Source: Podarcis tiliguerta
Lineage: Eukaryota
Reading direction: 5' to 3' (one strand)
Assembly: GCA_965153285.1 (NCBI GenBank)
Contig: OZ229115.1
Length of the DNA stretch: 64,000 nucleotides
Part shown: positions 14,221 through 27,051 of the stretch, piece after piece
How positions within the stretch are numbered: the stretch's first letter is position 1
How the letters are laid out: each line of letters starts with the position of its first letter
Notes under the pieces: model-generated
The model's input: the letters and a program-made list of their open reading frames with translations, nothing else
What the model was told of the DNA's origin: nothing
Databases searched by the model: none
Made by a program: the position numbers and the translations under genes

Positions 14221-14582
14221 AAAAGGTAAAGGGCCCCTGATAGTTAAGTCCAGTTGCAAACAACTCTGGGGTTGCGGCACTCATCTCGCTTTACTGGCTG
14301 AGGGAGCTGGCGATTGTCCGCAGACAACTTCCAGGTCATGTGGCCAGCATGACTAAGCTGCTTATGGCGAACCAGAGCAGCACATGGAAACGCCATTTAC
14401 CTTCCCGCCGGAGCGGTACCTATTTATCTACTTGCACTTTGATGTGCTTTCGAACTGCTAGGTTGGCAGGAGCTGGGACTGAACAACCGGCGCTCACCCC
14501 CGTCATGGGGATTTGAACCGCTGACCTTTTGTTCAGCAAGCCCAACGCTCAGTGGTTTAGACCACAGCGCCACCAGTGTCCA
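14221..14582 (-). mobile_element. Sauria SINE, full length
   Basis: Typical body (ggtcatgtggccagcatgact, ggtacctatttatctacttgcac) and tail (aaaggtaaaggg on the + strand); 11-bp TSD TGCAGACATTA at 14210-14220 and 14583-14593. Confidence 0.9.
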
Positions 14583-14783
14583 TGCAGACATTACTGAAAT
14601 GTAAAAACCATTATCGCAACAGGGCTGCCACCCACTGATGTTTCCTTGACAGTTATCTCCAAGCCATTAGCAGCTCTTGATTATTTATATTTTCCTCACT
14701 TGTGTGTATTCGCTCAGTTTAAAGCATGTCACACATTCCACACCTTCACTCTTCTTCTTTTGAGATGTGATTAGATTAGATAT

Positions 14784-15280
14784 TGTTGCACACAACCCTA
14801 ATCTCTGAAACCGGTGCAAGACACAGTGGGTTCCAGGCATTTTACCCAGGGTTCGGTTTCCTTGGAGTGAGGGACAGTGGAGACTGGGGTGTCGTTATGA
14901 TATATGGTTTATTTACACAAATATACAACTTGAGCCTACAATTAAGGGGCTCACAGCATTAACACCCTAAGAGGGTCTTTCTTCTCCCATAGCCACAGCC
15001 TTGGACTCATGCAGAAATCACGCATGTCTCTGACTCTAGCTTCTAGATCACACACCTCAACTCTGGCCTTGTCTTACTAACTGATGAGTGAAGGAGGGAG
15101 CCCCACCCAATTGCTCTCTGGCACAGTGCCACTTCCTTTGCTACCTTAACGATCCATACTTTGGGGGCCATTATGGCCCTTGCCTGGCTTATTCAGCAAT
15201 TAAATCCCTGCTGGATCCAGGAAATGGAAGGGACTCAGGAATACAGCCCACCCCCACCCCCACCCCTAGAAAACCTAACA
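14784..15280 (-). mobile_element. Solo LTR, probably Gypsy-like
   Basis: TGTT...AACA termini; 4-bp TSD ATAT at 14780-14783 and 15281-15284; minus-strand AATAAA (TTTATT at 14908-14913); 497 bp. Confidence 0.7.
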
Positions 15281-16895
15281 ATATGAATGCAAGCATATGA
15301 ATTCCTTCATCCCATTGCATCACTCAGATATCTCTGGAAACAAGCAACTGATGAGTTGTTTGTTGACTAAATCATCGCAGAGGAGTGCATACATTGTGGC
15401 CTATGACAGATGGAATTGACACTGGTGGAGGGGGGATATATTTCTTCCCCTCTTCTGGTCACCCCTTTTTCATTCACAAAGCGGACATTTGTCCTCTTTG
15501 TTGTTCCTCCACCCCAGACCTTGTCTAGACTTGTTAAATTGGCCTAAGGGGCTACTACTGACCCACTCAAGCAATGACCTGAAAGGGGCCTTTGCTTATC
15601 CTGATGGAAGGAGCTACATTCCAGTTTGTTCTGGGAAGCCCTCTGGGTCCCTCAATTGCTGGGAAGATGGGCCTTAGGGAGAAATGGCAGATGCCACTCC
15701 AGCCTAAAGCACCAGAGTAATGCAGTGACCCAGTAGCATTCTTCACTTGAGATGGCTTGATTGACAGCTGAAAAGATGAGCTTTTCCACATGGCCTGCTG
15801 GGGCATTGCTAGCAAGATTTGCTTCCATTGCTGAGACTGGAGGATGCCATTAGCTGTCTCTGGTCTCCCTTCCTGGTTATCCCAAAGAAAACCACAAGCG
15901 TAAACACACATGTATTTACGCAGCAGCACCCTTCTCTGGAAGCTCCTTTCCTTATTGTTTCAGTGGTGGGGCTTAACCCACATAAGTGTGAACTAATGAT
16001 AAAGAAGGAAGTAGCCTGAGGAGCTCTTGCTCAAATTTAAACTTGCTAACAGAAAATATTTATTTTTGTTTTTGTAGATACCCAAGCTGCATTTTTTTGT
16101 AAAGTAAATATAAATGTATCTGGCTGCGACAGTAAGGCCTTGCAAGCTATAAGGGTTATGGTAGTTGGTGGATGGAGAGGCTGCAAAAGCAATAAATACT
16201 TACCATCCTCTATTAATCCTCCCTGTATATACAGCTTAATGTACCAATCTCATGCTATGACCTACAAATCTGGAATTTTTTTAGAGGTGTGTGTGTGTGT
16301 GTGAGAGAGAGAGAGTTAAGCCTTGCCTTTGCTAGGGCCTATTAGGACTTTTCATGGAGCCAAACTGAAACTTGGGAAGAAGCAGAATAGCCCATAGGAG
16401 TCTTACAACTGTCAGACTGTGTCATTATGCTGATCGATGGGGTGGGGGAGCAGAGGGAGTTATGTTTTTTTGTTTTGTTTTGGAGAGGATTTGCCTCAGG
16501 AGTTTGCATCCAGTGACGGCAGAACTTTGGTAGCGTTTCAGAGAGTCAAGATGTCTCCATGTTCTTGTTTAGTTGCTCACAATTTGGCCTTGACTTGAGT
16601 ACTGAGTCTTTGTTAACATACTGACTTTGTTTGGCTGCAGAGTGTTAAAGAGCCCTGGAGAGCAAGTAAAATGTGATCCGCTGCTGTATCCACCCTCTTC
16701 AGTCCTGCTCCACAACTCAAAGCTGCAGTATGTGTGCCAACAAGACTCATTTTGTTCCATAGGGGGTGGGCAACCTAGCATTTGCGGAGGGGTGAAGTAA
16801 TTGTTGATCAGCATGGATGTTTTATTTCCTACAGTCAAAGATGAAGAGCTGAGTCTTCTCTTTAGAGATAGTGGTTCTACCTCCTCCTCCTCAGG

Positions 16896-17032
16896 CCAGG
16901 GTGGGGAACTTTTAGCCCTCCAATTTTTTCTTACAACTCCCATCATCGCTGACTGGGGCTGACGGGAGTTGTTGGCATCTGTCTGCCTCGGGAGACAGTC
17001 AACATCTGGAGGTGCCTGAGGTTCTCCACCCT
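16896..17032. mobile_element. Diverged hAT MITE related to 11871-12006
   Basis: CAGGGTGGGGAAC...GTTCTCCACCCTG ends; internal acaactcccatcatc / gggagttgt core. Confidence 0.65.
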
Positions 17033-17976
17033 GGTCATGGGCTGTGAATAATAACTTAGGTGTGTGTGTGTGTGTGTGTGTTGTTTCACATCTTCTACAC
17101 ACCATTGTGATTTCCTAGTGAGCAGGGGCGGGGGGGGGGTGAGGAATGGGTGTTAGTTAAGAGAATAGGAGTTGAAAAGAGCAGTGGAACAAGAAAAAAA
17201 CGGCTGGAGAGCAACAGGCAGAGCTGTGATGGGGGCAGGGGAGAGACATAGCAGAACAACAGGAAGTTTTGGAGAGAAACAAAGCTTTTATTATTAAGAC
17301 ACTGGGTGGGCTTCACCTAAGGAGCTCTGCCAATGGAAGCCCTGCTCAGTGGGGTTCCCTCCCTCCTCTGGAAATTGGCTCTGAGAGAGTCAGGAGAACC
17401 CCAGAACATTGCATGGGGTAAGGAGCGGAGGGAACGTTTCATCTGACAAGTTGAAATGCTTGGTCTGTTAGAACATTCCACCCTCTGTTTCTGTGCAGGC
17501 TGGAAGTGTCACGTTAAGGAGCTGGGTGGGAGGCAGATGGCTTTCTCTTAGCTTGCCCCTTTGCCCACCCACGTTTCTGGAAGGCGCCATGGTGCTGTTG
17601 CAAAATCTCTGCAAACGGCTCCCTAGTTGCTCCTGTGTGCATTCTGCTTTCATTCTTGGAAACAAACGTGAGAGGGACTGGGATCCGCAAGAGCGGGCAG
17701 CTGTTGCCGACGAAGGAGAGTTTGCTCTCGTTCAGACTGAACTTTGCCTGGGACTCTTCATGGAAACCTTAGGTGGCAAATGTTGGCGAAGGGAGACCAA
17801 GGAAACGTGGCTCACTTAGCTACATCATCCACATAGTTTTTGTTGCCACCCACTTTCTGACAGGCTATGTTCATGATTTTAAGCTTTGAAGCACAGCAGC
17901 AAATCTTCACAGCATCAACAAAGGCGTGTTACAGGTAGCAGGCATGCCTTTCCCTGTTATTTAGATTCAGTAATGA

Positions 17977-18024
17977 GAAATAACTGCTGAATAGAAATAA
18001 CTGAATAGAAATAACTGCTGAATA
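17977..18024. repeat. Short tandem triplication of GAAATAACTG(CTG)AATA
   Basis: Three adjacent copies are visible. Confidence 0.85.
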
Positions 18025-18903
18025 GATGGATAGATAGTTTTAAAATGTACAGCACAAGACTACAACCAACCAACTTATCCAGCCCCTCACTTTCTGAGCA
18101 TCAGCTTGAGGTTTGGCTATTCTGGCTGCTGCTCCTTTCCTTCTGTCTGTTCCAGACCAGGTGTTTCTCAAACATTTTAAACTCTCCCCCTTCCCCACAG
18201 TTCTATAAATACTCTCCTCTCCCCCAACCCCGGCCCAGCACAAACCATCTGTTTAATGGTTGAGTACTTAAAGATGGTATTTCGCTGGGTGAGTACAACC
18301 TGCAGCTGCTACCAAGGATCTGTGGATGGCGTTAAGCATATGAGAAATGTTTTTTGGATGAGTGGCCTCCCAAGCTCCTTCTTTGCACCCTTCTTCTCTT
18401 GTCCTTGGAGCTGTTTTCTTGCCCAGCGCTGGATTTCATAAAAGAGTTCGGTGCCCCTGTCCAGTTCTGGTCCTTGGAATCTGCCTTATGTCCCTTGGCC
18501 TCTTCCAATGAGTGACTATTGTTTGATTGTTCTGGGTAAATCGAGTCATGAAATAGGTGAATGTGAGCAGCCCATGTCGGGGGCTTGATGTATGAGGCTG
18601 AAGCGAGCAAGGGAATGATGGAGGCTGCGGCTGGTGCCATTACATGAAGGGTGGAAATCCTGCCCTCTTGCCTGGAGAATGAAGGTTGCTCTATTTGGGC
18701 AAGCTCAGCAGAGCTAAGATGGAGGGGCAAGGGTGAGGAGATAACAGTGCTCCCTCGGTTCTGGCTCACACTCTCTTGCCTTAACATCCAGACATTCCAC
18801 AAACACTCTTGGGTTCTCAGATCTTACTTTTTTTCTTTTCTCTGCTGTCCTTCATCCAACGATCACAGGGTGGGTTACAAAATAAAAACAGAAAAATACA
18901 TAA

Positions 18904-19033
18904 CATAGAATTACATCATTGGGACCATGAGGACCATCTAGTCCAACCTCCAGCAATGCAGGAATATTTTGCCCAACGTGGGGCTCAAACCTATGACCTG
19001 GAGATTAAGAGTCTCATGCTCTACCAACTGAGC
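18904..19033 (-). mobile_element. tRNA-Lys(CTT)-derived SINE with CR1-type tail
   Basis: Reverse-complement head gctcagttggtagagcatgagactcttaatctc...gagccccacgttgggc; the same ttcctgcattgc...ggttggactagatg tail. Confidence 0.78.
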
Positions 19034-20791
19034 CATCTCAGAGCCAGTAACAAACAGAACAACAAGCCCACCTTCTCTCTAGAAATTCTCCATACCAGCA
19101 GGTGCTAAGGACTGATAGTAAGTGTGCCATTCAAAACCAAACCAATCTCTTCTGCTTTCTTAAATGATCTCCCTGTGGTGCACTTTACAGCCTGGCTGTT
19201 GGCTGACTTTGGCAGCAGCTCACAATAAATGTCACAGTGTAGACATTCGGTAATGCCTGGATTAGCATCTGCCAGTCTCCTGCTTCGACACCTATCTTGG
19301 GGAAAGACTTTGCTCTCTCTTTTTCCTATTTCCTTGGCTGGTGCTAGACGAGTAAAGTAATCAGGTGCAATATACACAGGGCTGCTAACTGGCTCTGAGA
19401 TGTTGTTCTGCTCTCAATAGCACCCTCTGCAGTACAAAGGAAGGCATTTTGGACATTTTTAACTAGACCCTTTTCCGCTGGCTGCTGAATTAGCTGCAGC
19501 TAACACAGATCCTGTGTTAATGAGAGCTCATTTGGGCATTTATAAGAGGACTGATAACAGCCTAGGGGTCACTTAGTAGATAACCTGGACTATTCACATT
19601 TTGGGGTTTCTGCATCTGATGCAAAATCTCATATGTGGCAAGTATTCTCAAAAATACTTTCATTATAAACAGTGTTCTAGTCCTCATGATTGTCACGTGT
19701 TAGAATGCATCCAAGCAAGATCTACAAAAATGTTCCATGTTGATGAAGGCACTGAACTTTTGTGCCCTATGTGGCTGCTTCTCCCTGCCAATGGTTCCAG
19801 TTATAGCACATTCTGGTTCTGTTACTGTCTGTTACTTAACCCCACCTTTCAATTTCTACCAGATTACTCCTTGCTAAAAATAAAAATAATCTCCATCTTC
19901 TAGAAAGCTTCAGCTACTGGGTTCAAAGTGAAGCAACTATATGTGCAACAAATTTGTACAAGTCCCACTCACTTACATATACTGGGTGGCTTCCATGGTT
20001 TGTCTGGCAAGCTGCTCATCCAGCTATGTGCTAGCAGCAAAGCTGGAATAAAGAAGGAAAACTGGATAATTTTATGAAACTATTGAGCAAAGTGACAATT
20101 GTTCATGTAGAACTGATTAGTAGGGCTGCAAAGTCTTCTGTAGTGATAAGATAATTTGATTTCTTCCAAATTGCCATGCTAAATAAGGTCCCTTGCTTGG
20201 CAACCATTGTTGCTTATGGTACCTTTGTACAAAGGATCCCCCTAAGGAAATTCTTAAACACTGGAACTGCCTATCAGACATGGTTCTACCATTATTTGAA
20301 ATGGTCTACACTATTTATTCTTGAGTGCAGAGTGCCAGATGACATGAAAGAAGTATTTTATTTTACTTTTTTTTAATAAAAAAAATACAGTGTTCTTCCT
20401 CCTTCCCCAATGCACCTGCTCCTCACAGACCCTCCACATAGGAAAGAAGCTTCTTCCTGTTCATGGTGTTCCTGGACCCCTGTCCCATGTGAGAGGGTTG
20501 GCAACCATTCCTCATTCTCCTTCTGGGATGCCCCAAGGTCCGACTGTTTATGACCAACACTCTTTTCCAGCTCTATCTTGTTCCAAGATGCAGCTGAGCT
20601 GAAAACCTCAGTTTCTGCATCTGAGCACTTTGCAAAATACACACTGATTTTTGGATTGGTTTTTCCAATGTATGTTAATGCATATGTATATAGTATTTTG
20701 AAGTGGCAATCCACTTATGAGAAGAGTAAACTAGTCTGAGCTTTTGTTTACAAGCAAGCCTAGTCCTAGCAGCTAAGAATGAGTTTGTACT

Positions 20792-20792
20792 A

Positions 20793-20823
<31 letters not shown>

Positions 20824-20839
20824 ACACACACACACACAC
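20792..20839. repeat. (CT)n(CA)n compound microsatellite
   Basis: Read directly from the sequence. Confidence 0.9.
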
Positions 20840-21225
20840 CCAGAGTAGCTGGGGTGGGGGGGAGGGATGTGGAAATTAAAAGATCCTTGTTTCAGTTATA
20901 AGTATCCACTGAAAATATGGCAAAACCCCATCGTTTAACCACACTTTGACCAACTTGGTTGTAAGAAAGGATTATTAGGGTGCTAGGGAGCAATAAATCT
21001 GTGACAAATTGTGTATCAAAGTGTGCACTCTCGGGTAGTCACCAATACTGTCTTGCTGTATTTTTTATTAAAGTGTGGTAGATAAATATTTAAATAAACA
21101 AACAAAGCACCTTCTTCGAGCTGGCAATATTGCCTAAGATTTGACTGCTGCTGTGTGGATATTTACTTGGATTTTAAACTTTTTATGGATTATTATTAAC
21201 CATTGTTGCCTCCTGTGTGTTTCAG

Positions 21226-21364
21226 CTGGGATGAGAGTAGCTCCATCAGCAGCGGCCTCAGCGATGCCTCTGACAATCTCAGCTCAGAAGAGTTCAATGC
21301 CAGCTCCTCGCTCAATTCCCTGCCTTCCACCCCCACGGCTTCTCGCAGGAACTCCGCCATAGCG
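21226..21364 (+). CDS. NAV1: NAV1 exon (WDESSSISSG...RRNSAIA), phase 2 to 0
   Basis: ttcag|CTGGGAT acceptor; GCG|gtaggt donor. Confidence 0.95.
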
Positions 21365-24300
21365 GTAGGTAGGACAGGCACCCAGAGAATCCGCCATGTT
21401 TTCATGCTGCTGTTGCTGCTGCAGTTTTGGTACCGGAAAAAGAAATTGCATGAAGCCCTGTGCTGTCTTTCTCCTTAAAAGTGTTCTCAGGGGAAAGATG
21501 AATACTTTTGCTGTTGAATTTCTCCTTATATTGTGTGTGGGGGGGGGAGCCACAGCCCCCAAAGCACTGAATGCCTATCCCCTTTTTTGCCTGCAGATGC
21601 AGGAGCGACCAGTGCCTTTGGAACTGAAGGACTGTTTTTTCTCTCCCATTTGTTAAGCTGGTGTAGTTGGGCGGCTATGATGAGGGGAGGTCTATAACTC
21701 TATGATAGAGCATATTCTATGCATGCAGAAGGTCCCTGGTTCAGTTCCTGGCAACTCCACTAAAAAAGAAAATAACCCAGGTAGTAGAAGATGCAAAGGA
21801 CTTTCCCCTGAGACCCTGTAGAACTTCCACCAAACAGAACAGACCGTTCCGGGCCAGATGGAGAAATAGCCAGGCCTGGTTAGAGGCAGCTTCCTATGTG
21901 CACACAGGAGGTTGGGGGAGTATTTTGGGTGGCAAGGTTAAGGTACCAGCTAACAGAATCCTCTCTGTTGCTTGCCTTACAGCTGCGCACGGACTCTGAG
22001 AAGCGCTCACTGGCAGAGAGTGGGCTGAACTGGTACGGAGAGCCAGAAGAGAAGGCTCAGAAGAAGATGGACTATGACAGCGGGAGTCTGAAAATGGAGC
22101 ACAGCTCTTCCAAGTGGCGACGGGAGCGCTCGGAAAGCTGTGACGAGGCTCCTGCCAAAGGCGGAGATCTGAAAAAGCCAGTCAGTTTGGGCCCACCGGG
22201 CTCCTTGAAGAAGGGCAAGACTCCCCCTGTGGCAGTGACCTCTCCCATCACCCACACAGCCCAGACCCTCAAAGTGGCAGGTGAGGTTGGAACAGAAAGT
22301 GGAGCCCTAGTGTTAGCTAGGCAGGTTTGTGGCTGCCACCTCCACTTCCCTGCCTGTTTGCTTCCCATTCTTCTTGAGAGTCCAGTCAAAGGTGCATGGC
22401 TAACTGTAGGCCACAGAGAGAGAAGGGAGCCTGGAATGCGCTCATTACATCCTAGGGCTGCATCTCATCTCAGTAAAGTCTTTGATCCCTGAAACAAAAT
22501 CAGTACAATTTAGCTAGGGAGATGGTTGTACTGACACGTGCCCTGACATTGTGCTCATTTTGGTGCAGGGACTGGCTGTCCTGACTAAGTAGCTTTTTGA
22601 TAACTTTCTTTTGGTCACCTAAGAAGCTGTGTGCACAAATGCCTTTTCTTCAAACTGAGTTATTTCTCCTGCAGGTAAACCTGAAGCAAAAGCAACAGAC
22701 AAGAACAAGCTTTCTGTGAAGAACGCCAGCCTGCAGCGCTCATCGTCTGACGCTGGCCGAGATCGGATTTCAGATGCCAAGAAGCCCCCTTCTGGGCTGA
22801 CCCGGACCACGACGTCCGGCTCTTTTGGCTACAAGAAGCCACCTCCTGCAACTGGCACTGCCACGGTGATGCAAGCTGGTGGCTCCGCCACCCTTGGTAA
22901 GATCCAGAAGACCTCTAGCATCCCAGTCAAGCCGGTCAATGGAAGGAAAACGAGCTTGGATGTCTCTAATGCTGGGGAGCCTGGCTTCATGGCCCCAGGG
23001 GCCCGCACCAACATCCAGTACCGGAGCCTGCCACGCCCAGCCAAATCTAGTTCCATGAGCGTGACTGGTGGGCGCAGTGGGCCACGGCCAGTGAGCAGCA
23101 GCATTGACCCCAGCCTGCTCAGCACAAAAGGGACCATCAGCGTCTCGCGGCTGAAAGAGCCCTCTAAGATCGGCACAGGCCGGAGCACGCCAGTGCCAGT
23201 GAATCAGACGGACAGGGAGAAGGAGAAAGCCAAAGCCAAAGCTGTGGCCCTGGACTCTGACTGCGTCTCACTCAAGAGTATCGGTTCCCCTGAAAGCACC
23301 CCGAAGGCTCAAGGTGGGCACCAGACTTCTGCTAAAGTGGCTGAGTTGCCACCAACTCCACTCAGGTAAGAAGAATTGTGGGTGTTGATTATAATATCGT
23401 GATTATAATTTAACAGATAGAAGATAGGGTGCAGCAGAGGTGGAGAAACAACAACATATGTTGAAAATGTTGAAACTTAATAAAATATAATTTGGAGGGG
23501 GATGACGAATTGTGGGTGTTTCCCAGCAGGCCTATAGCTGGGTTGAGAAATATGTTAAGCAAATAAATAAATGGTACGATAAGAGCTGTGCAAAGCTCCA
23601 TTCATTTTCTAATACCGTGTTGATTTCCTTCAGGTCAGCTGCCAAAAGCTACGTGAAAGCTCCTTCTCTGGCCAACCTGGACAAGGTGAACTCCAACAGT
23701 CTGGACCTCCCTCCCTCCAGCGAACACCAGATGCACGGTGGCAAACTGCACGAGCCCCATCCAGCTGCAGCAAATGTGGTCCCCCACCTCACGTCGTGCT
23801 TCACGCCAAGCCCTGCTCCGGTCCTTAACATAAACTCTGCTAGCTTCTCCCAGGGCCTGGAGCTCATGGGAGGCTTCAGCATCCCCAAGGAATCCCGCAT
23901 GTACCCCAAGCTCTCAGGGTTGCACAGGAGCATGGAGTCCTTGCAGATGCCTATGAGCCTGCACAGCCCCTTCTCTGCAGGCAACACAACTGCTCCCACC
24001 ACTGCTCCCACCCCTCCCGTTGTGGCTGCTGAGGAGGAACCCAGTGAGATGTCCTGGACGGGGAGCCCCAGGATCACACACCTGGACAGGTAGAAGAAAG
24101 TGGGGTAGCTTTTGTTTGATGGCATGATCCCCAGGCAAAAGGGGACGGGGCTTTTTTGGAAACTTGGTTCTCTGTGAAGCAATTCCTGTTCCCTGCAGTT
24201 AAAGTATTGCAGAGCAACAAGGAAAGCAGTTGGGGAAGTGGAAGTAGAGCGGTGGAATTGAAGTGCAGTTGAAAAGCTTTATTCAAACTCCAGCATAATG

Positions 24301-27010
24301 TTGCAGTTCGCTGTTCTTGCCCATGGTGGAGTTCTAGCTTCATGTTCATGGAGTTCTAACTCCATGCTTCTAAACTAAGCCAGATAATGCTCTGCATTCC
24401 CAAAACTTCATAAACCAGTTTATCGCCCATCAGATGCTACAGCTGGACTCCAGCAAATGATTAACAAGTACTGTTGTGCTTGCTTCCCTTCCTGCAGCTC
24501 TAACCGTGATCGGAATACATTGCCCAAGAAGGGACTAAGGTAATCGTCCTTCTACCCCACCCCTCACTTTCCTGTTGCTATCAACTGTTGCTATCAACTG
24601 CACATCATACAGTATGATGTTGCAGTAGGCGAAACCTGCTTTTCACTGTGGTCATGCTAACACAAGATGACCAGTTGAAGAAATCTCGGTGTTCCTCGCA
24701 AACCAACACTATATGTTATTTTGAGCATGCTGTTTATCATCCTCTTAAACAGGGTACTTAATATTCTACATGCTGCAGAGTAAGATCCCAAAGAAAATCA
24801 ATTAACCATGGTGGTTCATAAAAGCAGCCCACCCTGTTTCTGTTCAAAGCAAACCAGTCTGGGGATCTGGTTACATCTCTCACTTCTTGGTCCTGTTGCA
24901 AGACTGTATATAGGAAGGCTAGGCACAGCTTTCCCAACTACTGTATGTGGAGCACGAACTATCCTGGGAGCCGTTTGCTGTGAACAATATTGAAGTTATT
25001 ATTTATTTTTGTTTATAATGGCCATTGTGGTGTTCCTTTTTTTTTAAAGCACTTTGGTATTGCGGTATGATGAATGTTCTGTATGCGCAAGCATTTCAAC
25101 TTGCCAGATGGAATGATCCCCTCTCTCCTCCCCCTGTGCACTTTTCTGCCCCCCCCCCCGAAAATGAAACAATTTCAGAAGTGTAGAGGAAGCCTTGTTG
25201 AACAAGCAGAAGTCCTTGCACAGGGCTTCTTCTGGCAGGGCTCATTGGGTGAATCCTGTTTAAAGTCCTCAGTTAATAAATGATGTTCACCAGAATGAAA
25301 TACTCTGCAGAACTCTATGGTATGGTAGCATTTGCTGTTAACTGGCCATGTTCTAGAGGGCATAATAAATTGGACAGTATATAAATGGTTTCCATTGACT
25401 TTTTGTAGCTGTGTTCAGATAGTTACGGGGTGAATGTATGCACTGAAGTCCACGCCTGAACAGGTTTACTCTGAAGTAAGGCCCAAGATTTAATGAGACT
25501 TAATCCTAAATTAAATGTTCAAAGAGCTGTGGCCTTGGTTTATCTATTTTCTCTCATGTCCTTTGGAAAGAGTACCTTGGATGGCAATCTGCTTTTGAAA
25601 GATCTGATTACCTTGTTAGCACTGAGTAATCCACGCTTTCTTAGCATCACCATTGCTATACAATTAGGTGCTCCCAAGCGAAATTTAGAATTTCTCTTAC
25701 TATGACTTCAGGAACTGGCTACATGAGTGATGTTAAGCCTAAGCCACCATAGTTGTTTTATGGCTACAAAATCCCTCCAGTCTTCCTTGTTCTACTTCTC
25801 TCTCCCTTAATTTTGGCAGATATCAAATCCAGTCCCAGGAAGAGGCCAAGGAGAGGCGGCACTCCCACACGATTGGAGGATTGCAGGAATCAGATGATCA
25901 GTCTGATCTGCCTTCCCCTCCTGCTCTCTCCATGCCATTGGTTGGAAAGACACCACTCACGAATATTGGTTAGTTTCTCTTGCCTTCGGTTTTCCTGCAG
26001 GGGGAACTTTTGGAGACAGGTGTTCTTAACCAGTTGAAGCTGATGCTGATCTGTACTGAGATCCTTTCCCTTAATTTTCTTTCTTCTGAGATGGCACTGC
26101 CAGCTCACCTAAAACCGACTCCAAGGTCAGGGTCATGTCATCAGAGGATGTTAAGGGGTGGCCTGCTGCAAGTGTTTACATTTTACACAGGTGCAGATTG
26201 GCTTGTGCAAGGAATGGTGTACATTCAGTGATCCTACCCTTGTCTCTCTCTCTCTCCCTCTCTCTCTCCCTCTCTCTCTCCCTCTCCCTCTCGCTCTCTC
26301 CCTCCCTCCCCTGGCTGCCACCCCTGAGTCTATTGAGCCCTCTGTTCCTATACCTCCCACCCCTGCTTCAAGCAGCTCCATCTGACTAGCTTGTCCTCCC
26401 CTCCCTCCTTCTCCTGCAGTGACCCCCACGGCAGCCAACACCCCGAGGATCACCCGCTCCAACAGCATCCCCACCCACGACTCCACCTTCGAGCTGTACA
26501 ATGCGTCCCCCATGGGCAGCACCCTCTCCCTGGCAGACCGGCCCAAGGGCATGATCCGTTCGGGCTCCTTTCGCGACCCTGTGGATGATGGTGAGAGTCC
26601 TGCACCCAGCCAGGAGGACAAGAGTCTCCTCCACAGTAATAATGGTGAGAGGGATACGGTCGCGACAAATTCTGTCCGTCAGGTCTTCTCAAGTGCGCAC
26701 AGGTGTACTTGGCAGGTGGGCTGGCGCAGCTGTGGGAGCTGCTTCTTGCTTGCAGGGGAGCAAGATGACATGGCAGACCTGGGGACGGGAGGTGTGAGTG
26801 GGTGAGATTGGTACCTTTCAAGCATTGCTTTCTCCCTCCTGTGCTTCCAGCACCACCATAAACAGGATGTGGGAGGCAGGCACTCTGCCCATTACCCAGT
26901 GCTAGCTTGCCATGGGGCAGAGACAGCCACACCACTTTTAAGGATTTGTATCCACATTGCATCTGTATAAGACTTTAAAATTACTCAAAGCCGATGAAGC
27001 ACTATGCTAA

Positions 27011-27051
<41 letters not shown>

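Noticed and set aside
1-21225. Short ORFs in the long intron as genes; prokaryote-type systems such as CRISPR
   Set aside because: The ORFs lack recognisable domains, and no repeat-spacer arrays were seen. The DNA is vertebrate intronic sequence.
22007-24182. Antisense ORFs over the large NAV1 exons
   Set aside because: Expected shadows of GC-rich coding sequence.
26158-26419. Upstream in-frame extension of exon 26420 (ESIEPSVPIPP...)
   Set aside because: In-frame TGA at 26383 and no suitably phased acceptor. The ORF is driven by the CT microsatellite.
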